Made by a program: the position numbers and the translations under genes. A DNA stretch of 64,000 nt from an uncultured Chromatiales bacterium (GTDB lineage: Bacteria > Bacteroidota > Ignavibacteria > SZUA-365). Under the pieces are notes generated by a model. It made no database searches. It was not told where the DNA came from and was given only the letters and a program-made list of their open reading frames with translations. Positions 25,613 through 34,789 of this stretch are shown here, piece by piece (position 1 is the stretch's first letter; each line of letters opens with the position of its first letter). The stretch lies in the NCBI GenBank assembly GCA_964448285.1, contig CAYUWG010000006.1, positions 13,715-77,714 on the forward strand. The letters run 5' to 3'.

Positions 25613-28600
25613 CCCGCGCCATTGAAGAATACTTCCCCATCGTGGACATCAACCGCCTCGCGGTGCCGGAGCGCAATGCGTTCAAGCCGATCTACCAGAT
25701 GCACAAGTGGTTTGCGCGACGTTCGTCGTCGGTGTTTCGCGCGATACTGCTTGCGGCAATGAAGCCCGCCGGTATGGACATCATGAAGGAATTTTACCTG
25801 GATCACACGAACGATCCCGACACGAATGGGAAGGTGATACTCGACCCGTTCATGGGCGGTGGCACCACCGTCGTGGAGGCACTACGGCTTGGCTGCAACG
25901 TGATCGGCATCGACCTCAATCCCGTCGCGTGGTTCATCGTGAAGACGGAAGTGGAACCGGTGGACATCGACAGCTTGAAAGCCTCGTTCGAACGGCTCGC
26001 GAATCGCACAGTGGACTGGTCGGGCAAACCGCTGAAGGAAACACTGCTCGATCTGTACAAAACCGTGTGCCCGGGTTGCGGCGGTGAAGCGGATATCATC
26101 TACACGTTCTGGGTAAAATCCGCGCCCTGCACGACGGGAACTTGTAAAACGCAGACGCCGCTGTTTTCTGACTTCATCATCGCACAGAAGAAACCGTCCA
26201 TTCGGTACTCCCCTGACTGCACCTGTCCTTCCTGTGCGAAGGAATTCGACTGGGAGCGCGAACCCGCTTCGCTGATCGCTGAAGAAAAACTGATGGTGTC
26301 TGCGACGGCTTATTCCGCCGGTGATGGAAGGCAGAATGCACGATGGGCCTTTTCGGCTGACAAGAAAGTGACCTGTCCGTGGTGTAGGATGGATGTTAGG
26401 CCGAAACCCAAATCGCTCAAACTCAAACGCAAGAAGATTCCGCTCAATGTGTTGCTCTGCCCGCACTGCGAGGAAGTCTGGCAGTACCGTGGTGAGTTGC
26501 CGGATTCCGTTGCATGCCCGACGTGCGCACATGAATACGATCCAACGAAAGGCAACATCCCCGGCACGGGGAAGTTCATCTGTCGCGGCACGTGCAACGG
26601 CAACGTCGATACCGTGATTACCGCCATTCGCACGCTTCCTGAAGAAAGACTCTTGCCCATCCGCCTGTATGCGATGGAAGGCTACTGCCCCCGCTGTGCG
26701 AAAAAACCGGGCGGGAAAGAAACTCCGATGGTTGTTAACGAACCGATGTTCGAATATCAACCCTCTCCCGGTCACTCCGTGACACCCCTCTCCCGAACCG
26801 GGAGAGGGGACGGGGGTGAGGGTCTTCTCTGGAAAAACTCCGGCAAGTTCTTCAAGCGCGTTTCACCCGTTGACCTTGCCCGGTACCTGGAAGCAAGTTC
26901 TATCTGGCAGAGAGAGAAAAAGAATCTACCGCACCCGGTTTCCGAAATACCAGTCGGTGAAAAAACGAAGTCTGGCTTACATTCACATCACTACCGCTAT
27001 TGGTGGCAGATGTTCAATGACAGACAGTTGTTGGCGCTGAGCACGCTACTGAAAGGGATTGGGGAGGAGGGTGAGCAGGTAGCAAAGGAGATGTTATTAA
27101 CAGCGTTTTTCAGTGCGCTTGAGACAAGTAATTTGTTTACTAGATATCACTCTACGAGGTTTTTGTCCGCTGGAGTTTTTGCCCGTCATGATTACCAACC
27201 GAAGGTGACAATTTGCGAAAACAACGTCTGGGGTACGCTATATGGAAATCAAACATATAACAATACGTTTGAGAAGGTTATTGATGGAAAATCTTTCGCA
27301 CTTAATCCTACTGATCTAAAATATTGTGATGAAAAATATAAACCGATAGCTTCCCATGATTCACTTTCCAACCTCGAGCTGGATGAAAATGTCCTATTAA
27401 AAGCTAAATCATCAACCAATATGGATGAGATAGAAAACTCTTCCATAGAATTTGTTATTACAGATCCACCATACGCCGGCAATGTCAACTACGCGGAGTT
27501 GTCGGACTTCTTCTATGTCTGGCTTCGTCTCCTGCTGAAGGAGAAGTATCCGCAGTTTCTTCCGGAGTATGTGCCAAAGGCGGAGGAGATTATCGAGAAC
27601 AGAACGCGGGGAAAATCATCGAAGGACTTCAAGGAGGGACTCCGCGCCGTCTTCCGCGAAGGGCATCGCGTCTTGAAAGACGACGGATTGCTTGTATTCA
27701 CCTTCCATCACGCTGAAGGCTCTGCCTGGGAGGCACTGCTCGAATCGGTCTGTGAAGCGGGCTATTACATCGAAGCCGTGTATCCCATACACGGGGAGGC
27801 GGAGAACTCACTGCACCTGATGAACAACGAAGCCATCTCCTACGATCTCATACACGTCTGCAAGAAAGCAACCGCCCAGCAGACCTGGGCGAAGCGCTCC
27901 TGGGCAGGCGTACGGCACGATATCAGGAAGAGGGCACGCGAAGAAGCGAGGCTCATCGAGTCCGGCAGGTACGGCAACGAGCCACTCCCTGCTGCTGATA
28001 TCAACATTCTCCTCATCGGAAAATGCCTCGAGCTGTACAGCAAGCACTACAACCGCATCGTGGATCATGAAGACAAGCCGATACCTCTGCATCAGGCGTT
28101 GGAAGAAATCAAGATGCTCGTCGATCAGATCGTCGCGCGCGAGAAGCCGCTCCCGCCGGAACTCGAAGAGGGCGTCGATCCCGTCTCCTACGTCTATCTC
28201 ACTGCTCTTGCCGGTCAACGGGAAATCCAGAGCGATCACGTCAGCAAGCAGACGCGCGGCATCATCGAAACGTCCGAGTTGAAGGAACATGGCCTGCTCA
28301 TCAAAGGTCGCGCGAAGCGCGGACGTACGTTCGAGATCAAACAACCGGTTGAGCGCCTCAACGACCTGAAGAAGAAGTTCTACGACGACGGGGTGTTGAC
28401 GCAACTCCCGCTGTTCGGTGAGAACGGTTCACCGCTGCCCAAGGGCCTGCTCTTCGTGGATTGCGTGCAACTGCTGTTGGGTCTCGCGGAGAACGGTGAG
28501 AACGTGCTACCGTGGCTCGACCGTCTTCGTGGTTTGCGTCCGCAACTTCGCGCCGCGCTTTCATATCTGCATGACCGGAATATCTTCACCGTTCCCTCCA

Positions 28601-28647
28601 GGAAAATCCTCTCCCTCATCGACGAGCGTACGCTCTTCAATACGTGA
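25609..28647 (+). CDS. DUF1156-type adenine-specific DNA methyltransferase with multiple Zn-ribbon inserts
   Basis: 1013 aa from ATG 25609; the track's upstream extension is unlikely. N-terminus MTRAIEEYFPIVDINRL. Motif I DPFMGGGTTVVEA lies before motif IV FVITDPPYAGNV. Five Cys-x-x-Cys pairs lie between them (CPGCGG, CPSC, CPWC, CPHC, CPTC). Confidence 0.8.
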   Translation: MTRAIEEYFPIVDINRLAVPERNAFKPIYQMHKWFARRSSSVFRAILLAAMKPAGMDIMKEFYLDHTNDPDTNGKVILDPFMGGGTTVVEALRLGCNVIGIDLNPVAWFIVKTEVEPVDIDSLKASFERLANRTVDWSGKPLKETLLDLYKTVCPGCGGEADIIYTFWVKSAPCTTGTCKTQTPLFSDFIIAQKKPSIRYSPDCTCPSCAKEFDWEREPASLIAEEKLMVSATAYSAGDGRQNARWAFSADKKVTCPWCRMDVRPKPKSLKLKRKKIPLNVLLCPHCEEVWQYRGELPDSVACPTCAHEYDPTKGNIPGTGKFICRGTCNGNVDTVITAIRTLPEERLLPIRLYAMEGYCPRCAKKPGGKETPMVVNEPMFEYQPSPGHSVTPLSRTGRGDGGEGLLWKNSGKFFKRVSPVDLARYLEASSIWQREKKNLPHPVSEIPVGEKTKSGLHSHHYRYWWQMFNDRQLLALSTLLKGIGEEGEQVAKEMLLTAFFSALETSNLFTRYHSTRFLSAGVFARHDYQPKVTICENNVWGTLYGNQTYNNTFEKVIDGKSFALNPTDLKYCDEKYKPIASHDSLSNLELDENVLLKAKSSTNMDEIENSSIEFVITDPPYAGNVNYAELSDFFYVWLRLLLKEKYPQFLPEYVPKAEEIIENRTRGKSSKDFKEGLRAVFREGHRVLKDDGLLVFTFHHAEGSAWEALLESVCEAGYYIEAVYPIHGEAENSLHLMNNEAISYDLIHVCKKATAQQTWAKRSWAGVRHDIRKRAREEARLIESGRYGNEPLPAADINILLIGKCLELYSKHYNRIVDHEDKPIPLHQALEEIKMLVDQIVAREKPLPPELEEGVDPVSYVYLTALAGQREIQSDHVSKQTRGIIETSELKEHGLLIKGRAKRGRTFEIKQPVERLNDLKKKFYDDGVLTQLPLFGENGSPLPKGLLFVDCVQLLLGLAENGENVLPWLDRLRGLRPQLRAALSYLHDRNIFTVPSRKILSLIDERTLFNT

Positions 28648-28656
28648 GGCAATGCC

Positions 28657-29079
28657 ATGTCCTACATACTCATAGAACACAACCATCTCTCACCGCCCCG
28701 CTTGGCAGGTCAGGGTTTTAAGGCAAACACGCACCGTATCGGATTTCTGGACTTCCTCCGTGAATTGGACAGGGAAGAATTTCCATTCCACGAAAGCAGT
28801 CACCTGCTTGTTGTTGGCCTTGAGGACGTACTGCTTTTTTCGCGTCCCCACATGCACTCCATTGCGTTAGACATCCGAAATCGATTGAAGCGTGTCGCGA
28901 ATGATTTTGAACGATGTCCTCATGTTCAAATCGTTTTCATGAAAGGGCATCTCGTCGCAGGCGCAGAGCTTCGGTTGGAAATGAAACCTGAGCCATTGCC
29001 TCTGCACCTCATTTTCGGAACGCCACAACGGATGGAAAACGGCTTCGTCTATTACTTGGCGCCGTTCAACCTGAGTTAA
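28657..29079 (+). CDS. Small conserved-looking protein between methylase and helicase (DUF3780-like position; unassigned)
   Basis: 140-aa ORF 10 bp after the methylase stop, same strand. No motif recognised. Confidence 0.45.
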   Translation: MSYILIEHNHLSPPRLAGQGFKANTHRIGFLDFLRELDREEFPFHESSHLLVVGLEDVLLFSRPHMHSIALDIRNRLKRVANDFERCPHVQIVFMKGHLVAGAELRLEMKPEPLPLHLIFGTPQRMENGFVYYLAPFNLS

Positions 29080-29115
29080 GTGGAATCAGAGTAGGAAAAG
29101 GATACAAGGACAGAT

Positions 29116-31971
29116 ATGAATACATCGGCGTTTACCGACAGAACATCGGAAAAGGGCACACCCTATAGTCCCGGCCAACGTGTCCGAGTAGCCGGACGAG
29201 AAGATCTCGGAATAGGCGAAGTGCTACGTGTGAGTGATATCTACGGCGTGTATCAGGCGGACATTATCTTTGAAACCAGTGGATTACGACGATTGGAAAG
29301 CTTCCCTGTCGAGCGTCTCGAGCATGCCCCCGACTTATGGGAGCGATTGAAGAAGGGAATGTTCGACGATCCGAATGACGTACTCTTCAAACAACTCGCG
29401 TTTCAGTTTCCATTGCAAAACAAGGGAGGTCAACTCTCGAACAGTCGAACGCAATTGTTACCTCATCAGATTCTGCTGACTCGGGACGTGGTTGCATCAC
29501 ACCGTCGTCGCTATCTCATCGCTGATGAAGTGGGGCTGGGGAAAACGATCGAGATCGGCATGATCCTTAGGGAACTGGAGTCCCGGCGTGAAGCGTCACG
29601 CATGTTGATCATTGCGCCGGCAGGCCTGATCAAAAACTGGCAACAGGAATTACGGGATGCATTTCGACTGCATTTCGAAATTCTTGGGATCGACTTCATG
29701 GACCACGGCTCAACAACGTGGGAAATGAAAAGCAAGGTGATCGTTTCCATCGATACGATCAAGCGCAGCCCGAGGCTCGATCGTTTGCTTGCGGGTCCTC
29801 GTTGGGACGTGATCGTTTTCGATGAAGCCCACCATTTGAGTCGCAATCGGTATGGAAAGAAAATCGTCCCAACTCAAAACTATCGTCTTGCCGAATCCCT
29901 TCGTTCTCACACGAGGGATTTCCTTCTCCTTTCTGCAACACCCCATCAGGGAAACACCTATCAGTTCTGGTCGCTCATCCAACTCTTGAACGATTCGCTG
30001 TTCGATTCCGAAGAGGCCATGATCCAGCATCGAGGGCTTTTGAATCAGGTCATGATTCGTCGAACGAAACGGGAGGTAACGGATCGTCACGGGAATCCTA
30101 TTTTCATGCGTCGTCAGGTTCATACAGAACGCTTTCTGCAATCCGCACGGGAGCGAATGTTCTATGAGAAGCTTACGGAATACCTCAAGGAGGGGTACTC
30201 CGTTGCCCGGATCGGTGAAACCAAAGTGACGACAGAGGAACGCGCGATCGGGTTTGTCATGACGACGTTTCAGAAGATCATGTCCTCCAGCATTCGTGCT
30301 ATCCGGCAGGCATTGCGTCGAAGATTGCTCGTATTGCTCATCCGCCATTATATGGAATTAGAGCAGAAGAGATCGAAGCGTGGGCCTGACGAGACTATAG
30401 ATCGGAAGATTCTGGAAGTGCAGGATGAAATGCGCATGATTACTTCACATATCCTTGGCATTGATAATATCGCTGCCAATACAGGCGACATCGATGCCTT
30501 CATAGCGCAGACCAGACAAAAGGTGAGTCGCAAATTTCTCGTCGAAGAAAGCACACTGTGGTCCCTTGACGCTGACGAAGAGGCAGAGGAAGAACTCTAT
30601 GCCACGGTGAATATTCCCGATGAGATTCGGAAAGTCCGTTCGCTCATCTCCGTTATTCCTGACGGTCGGGATAGGAAATTTGAAACGCTCATCAACGCAA
30701 TCGAATCTATCCGGCAGGATAACCCATCCGAGAAGTTCGTGATCTTTACGCAGTACATCGAGACCTTGAAATTTCTCGAGGAGGAGTTGGGGGCGCTTTA
30801 TGGAAAACAAAAGATTGCGATCATTCGGGGTGGTCCACTGGAAAACAAGATTGAAGCTGTAGAAAGGTTCTGGGATGAACGAGGTGCACAATTCCTTATC
30901 TGCACATCGGCTGGTGGAGAAGGGATCAATCTTCAGATCGGAAGGATCCTTTTCAATTACGATTTGCCCTGGAATCCTATGGCGGTTGAACAACGCATAG
31001 GGCGCATTCACCGCTTCGGGCAGAAGGAAACGGCACAGATATATAATCTCATTGCCGAGGATACTGTAGAAGAACATATCTATGACCTTCTGAACAGGAA
31101 GTTGAGGGAAATTGCGTCACAAATCGGTAAAGTAGATTCATCCACAGGTGAGCCGCGTGAAGATTTCCGCAATGAAATACTGGGATTTCTCGGTTCCAGT
31201 CCCAGCTATCTCGATCTGTACAAGCGTGCTATCTTGGACAGAGATTACCGACGAACGGAACACGAGATTGAAGAAGCGATACGGAAAGCGCGTGAAGCAA
31301 GTGAAGCGCTTTCATCCTTCACTCAAGATCTCGATTCATTCGATTTGCGCGATTATCTCGCGATGGAGGGATCGTTTACACTTGATCACCTAATGGAATT
31401 CATTTTTCAAGCAGTACTCCGATTGGAAGGCGCTGTTCTTCCCCGTGATGAGTTTCATTCCATACAGACCCCTCCCAGTCTTTTACGGTACCCAAGTGTT
31501 TCCGCGAAGTATGACACTGTCACTTTCGATCGTGACGCGGCTATGAGAAAAAAGAGTGTCGAATTCCTTGGTCTCGGACATCCTTTCGTAGATGCAGTGG
31601 TAGAGCATTTTCAACAGTCTGCATTTCCAGGCGACGTGAGCTGTATCTCGCGTTTGAGTCATGAACAACCCTATACCGTCTTCCTTACCTTGATCACGAT
31701 CGGTTTGGAAGATGGTACTGTCCACCAGGAATTGAATCTCATGCGGGTAACACAATCGGGTGATGCACAGGTGTTGCCTGATCACTGGCTCTTTCAGCGG
31801 TTCGAACAGCGCGATTCCTTGTTCGAACCAGTGGAGAGTCTTTTTGATTTCATGTCAATCAGGATGTCGTACGAATCAGCAATCGGCGCTATTCTGACTC
31901 AAATGAAAGCATCAATGATCAATCCTATCAGCGCACGGTTGCGATTGCTTGGAGTATTGAACGTCGCTTGA
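29116..31971 (+). CDS. SNF2/RapA-family helicase (DISARM DrmD-like position)
   Basis: 951 aa. Motifs I LIADEVGLGKTIE, II VIVFDEAHHL, III LLLSATPHQG, V ICTSAGGEGINLQ and VI YDLPWNPMAVEQRIGRIHRFGQ. Confidence 0.88.
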   Translation: MNTSAFTDRTSEKGTPYSPGQRVRVAGREDLGIGEVLRVSDIYGVYQADIIFETSGLRRLESFPVERLEHAPDLWERLKKGMFDDPNDVLFKQLAFQFPLQNKGGQLSNSRTQLLPHQILLTRDVVASHRRRYLIADEVGLGKTIEIGMILRELESRREASRMLIIAPAGLIKNWQQELRDAFRLHFEILGIDFMDHGSTTWEMKSKVIVSIDTIKRSPRLDRLLAGPRWDVIVFDEAHHLSRNRYGKKIVPTQNYRLAESLRSHTRDFLLLSATPHQGNTYQFWSLIQLLNDSLFDSEEAMIQHRGLLNQVMIRRTKREVTDRHGNPIFMRRQVHTERFLQSARERMFYEKLTEYLKEGYSVARIGETKVTTEERAIGFVMTTFQKIMSSSIRAIRQALRRRLLVLLIRHYMELEQKRSKRGPDETIDRKILEVQDEMRMITSHILGIDNIAANTGDIDAFIAQTRQKVSRKFLVEESTLWSLDADEEAEEELYATVNIPDEIRKVRSLISVIPDGRDRKFETLINAIESIRQDNPSEKFVIFTQYIETLKFLEEELGALYGKQKIAIIRGGPLENKIEAVERFWDERGAQFLICTSAGGEGINLQIGRILFNYDLPWNPMAVEQRIGRIHRFGQKETAQIYNLIAEDTVEEHIYDLLNRKLREIASQIGKVDSSTGEPREDFRNEILGFLGSSPSYLDLYKRAILDRDYRRTEHEIEEAIRKAREASEALSSFTQDLDSFDLRDYLAMEGSFTLDHLMEFIFQAVLRLEGAVLPRDEFHSIQTPPSLLRYPSVSAKYDTVTFDRDAAMRKKSVEFLGLGHPFVDAVVEHFQQSAFPGDVSCISRLSHEQPYTVFLTLITIGLEDGTVHQELNLMRVTQSGDAQVLPDHWLFQRFEQRDSLFEPVESLFDFMSIRMSYESAIGAILTQMKASMINPISARLRLLGVLNVA

Positions 31972-31978
31972 TTCCCCA

Positions 31979-32042
31979 GTGCGCGTGACGTACGAACTTC
32001 AGGAGATCGGTGAGCCAAGCTTGAGGACGGTGTTGGAGAAGA
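31979..32042. repeat. Right copy of the ~64-bp imperfect direct repeat; displaced original 3' end of the COG2403 gene (attR-like)
   Basis: In the gene's frame it would encode ...VRVTYELQEIGEPSLRTVLEKKFGSE*, an alternative C-terminus to the ...TVLGKMQK* read at 17559. Confidence 0.8.
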
Positions 32043-32266
32043 AGTTCGGAAGCGAATAAGTGAGGTGATAGATAAAACAAGGCGGATCCTTTTACTCGAT
32101 CGAAGCCAGCAGATAAATCCCTGCGAGAATGACGAGCACTCCGCACACTCTGCGTAGCCATACCATGAAAGACGAAAAGGGCTGGACGCCTCCCTATGGT
32201 TAATGGAGAAGTGGCTCGCTACCGTCATCGATTCGATTTACATTGAGCAATGGATGATGGAAGCCA

Positions 32267-33153
32267 ATGTTCTTCAACGGTATTGATCACTCTATAAGGA
32301 GAGGTTCTATGATTCGGACCTTTGTGTACATCCTCACATTTTGTCTCGCACGAAGCCTTTGTGCACAAGATATCTATTACCCACTGTCCGCTGGGAATAA
32401 GTGGCAACTTTCTGTTATCCTATCGACGAACCCGATTATCTACGATTACATCAATCTCAAGATTGTCCGTGACACGACAATGCCAAATGGACATACATAC
32501 GCTGCCTTCGAAGACTATGGGCCATTCGAGCGGCAAGTCGGAAATCAGGTTTTCATCTACTCTCAAGCTGACAGCCAGGAGTACGTCAGGTTCGATTTTT
32601 CACGAGCGATTGGTGACACGTCGTTCTATTTCAATTCCGGTAGGGTCATGATGGTCGTTGTGCTGGATACTGGTACATGGAACATATTTGGAGAGCCAAG
32701 GCGAACCTTCACCTTTTATGAAGGAGAACATCCCGGCATCGATGCATACCACATCATTACTATTGCCGACAGTATCGGACCGATCCGAATTACACCTTCC
32801 CTTGGCGGAGATTATGGCCTCAACGGAGCGGTCATTTCCGGCGCGACATACGGTAAGATCGTCTCCATAGAGAGAGAACAACGACCACGATCACCGGTAC
32901 TCTATCAGAACTCCCCCAATCCGTTCAATTCCAGAACCACAATCTCCTTCGAGGTTGAGGCTAAGTCCAAGGTCAAGCTGGAGGTGTCGATGTTCTGGGT
33001 CGAATGATTTCTGTTCTCGTCGATCAGTCAATCACTCAAGGTTTTCACTCAGTCATCTTTGAAGGCGCGACATCGCTTCCGTCAGGTGTGTATAGCTACC
33101 GACTCATTACCGATCAAGGCGTGTTCACTCGAAGAATGATTCTCCGTAAATAA
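32267..33153 (+). pseudogene. T9SS cargo protein with a frameshift inside its C-terminal sorting domain
   Basis: ORF 32267..33007 has a signal peptide and ends ...PVLYQNSPNPFNSRTTISFEVEAKSKVKLEVSMFWVE*. A shift of one base near 32988 restores the canonical CTD ...KLEV(x)DVLGRMISVLVDQSITQGFHSVIFEGATSLPSGVYSYRLITDQGVFTRRMILRK* ending at 33153. Either a true frameshift or an indel sequencing error. Confidence 0.55.
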
Positions 33154-33367
33154 ACGGCTGCATCACCTGACATGCGCATTCGAGGTTTGAGAGACAGAAG
33201 GAAGCCTTTACTTGCTCAACCTTCGATTCTGGATTTGGGAATGCAGCGAAGCTACTTCGGGTTAACTGAAACTCCATTGCACACATCAACGACCCTTTTG
33301 ATTTGTTCGAGCTTTGCTCTATGTTTTCGGTCGGTAAAGGTTCTCATCACTCTTGGAACGAGCCTGA

Positions 33368-33991
33368 ATGCGTTGGAAGATAGTACTCATAGGGGCATTG
33401 CTTGGCGTCGGGCTGTGCAGTCAATCTCTTCTGTCGCAGGATAAGAAAGCACACGACTGGTTTGCGGACATAACACCATCGCTTTTGTTTGGCATATCAG
33501 CACACTCATTGACCGACTACGAGGGCGGAGTTGGTATTGGTCTTCACGCTACACCGTGGACACTTTGGCGCGTTGGCGCGAGTGTACGATACAGGTCTTC
33601 GCGTTCGATTGATGTGAGTGATACGCTGTTTTCCAGTGACGAGAAATCCTCAAACTTAACCCTTTCCTTTTCCTTTTCTCCGATATTTCTGCTTCGGAAA
33701 TGGGATATCTACTATCTTTTCACGGCGCCATTTATAGAGTGTGGTTATTCATGGAGTTCAAGCGAGTGGAAGAACCGAAATCCTATGGAGTACCTTTCGG
33801 GGAGTTACTCCAACGAGGATTGGAATTTTGCCGGTGGTATTGGACTTGGAGGTGGATTAACTGTCTCCTCACAAATCACGTTTACGGGGGAGTATCGGCT
33901 GATTTTTTCCCCATCATATGCTCCGGTGTTTTTGTTCGACGGCCTGTATTGCGGGACTTCATTATCTCTAGCGATCATGGTTAAACTCTGA
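33368..33991 (+). CDS. Outer-membrane beta-barrel protein (small OMP, paralog 1 of 3)
   Basis: Signal peptide, alternating amphipathic strands, C-terminal aromatic-rich end. Paralogous to 34139..34789. Confidence 0.55.
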   Translation: MRWKIVLIGALLGVGLCSQSLLSQDKKAHDWFADITPSLLFGISAHSLTDYEGGVGIGLHATPWTLWRVGASVRYRSSRSIDVSDTLFSSDEKSSNLTLSFSFSPIFLLRKWDIYYLFTAPFIECGYSWSSSEWKNRNPMEYLSGSYSNEDWNFAGGIGLGGGLTVSSQITFTGEYRLIFSPSYAPVFLFDGLYCGTSLSLAIMVKL

Positions 33992-34138
33992 TCGATAAAG
34001 TTCACAATGGTAGCATCGGATATACCCCGTACTTGTTCGAGAAAGCATCGTGGTAGTACCGACCAGCAATATCGTGACACTCTTTGCTCCGTTCTCTCAA
34101 TCCACTTCAGAAAATCTCATTCACATTAAGGTAACCTT

Positions 34139-34789
34139 ATGGCTATAGCGAAACGACACATCCGTGCAATAGTATTCGCACTGATGTTCCTCTGTCACGG
34201 CCTCTTCGCTCAGGAGGCGAGTAAGAACGAATGGTTCTTGGAGACATCGCCTTCGCTCCTGTTCTCCGTCTCATCTTTGACTACATACAGCTATCAAGGC
34301 GGCGTCGGTATCGGATTCCAGCGATCACCGGATGCTCTGTGGCGTATCGCCGTCATCGTCAGTCACAGATCCGAAAGTTCAACAAGATCTTCTGATTATC
34401 CCTTTCATGACCTGAGGAAGGGGACAGAGTCGCAGTTATCTCTTTTCGTTTCTCCGCTATTCCCTATTCGCAACTGGGATGCCTTCTATGTATTTACTGC
34501 ACCATCCGTGCAAGGGGGAAATAGTTGGAGCTCATCCGATTTCGAAAGGATGGATATAAGTAGAGTATCAACATGGAGTACAACACGCTCAATATGGAAC
34601 ATCGCCGGCGGATTCGGTTTTGGTGTAGGTGCCACGATAAGTAAAAGAATCTCTCTGACCGCAGAATACCGCATATCGCTTTCATACACAAGAGAATACG
34701 CGGATGACACTCGGTTTAAGCAAGTATCTTCATTTGAAATGTGGTCATTCAGCACTTACGCATCATTAACGTTGATGTATAAGTTATGA
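34139..34789 (+). CDS. Outer-membrane beta-barrel protein (paralog 2)
   Basis: Shares ITPSLLF, GGVGIG, LWR, WSSS and AGG.G.G segments with paralog 1. Signal peptide. Confidence 0.55.
   Translation: MAIAKRHIRAIVFALMFLCHGLFAQEASKNEWFLETSPSLLFSVSSLTTYSYQGGVGIGFQRSPDALWRIAVIVSHRSESSTRSSDYPFHDLRKGTESQLSLFVSPLFPIRNWDAFYVFTAPSVQGGNSWSSSDFERMDISRVSTWSTTRSIWNIAGGFGFGVGATISKRISLTAEYRISLSYTREYADDTRFKQVSSFEMWSFSTYASLTLMYKL

Noticed and set aside
25882-26775. 297-aa minus-strand ORF inside the methylase gene
   Set aside because: Antisense to the DUF1156 methyltransferase, which has clear AdoMet and DPPY motifs.
17560-31978. Search for a tyrosine/serine recombinase, transposase or tRNA at the island borders
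   Set aside because: No ORF in the island shows the R...HxxR...Y integrase signature or a DDE/serine recombinase motif, and no tRNA-like sequence flanks it. The island is therefore described as integrase-less rather than as an ICE or prophage.
32088-32162. 24-codon minus-strand micro-ORF (MVWLRRVCGVLVILAGIYLLASIE) just right of the island junction
   Set aside because: No RBS and no conservation evidence; too short to call. Noted only because of its hydrophobic, leader-peptide-like composition.
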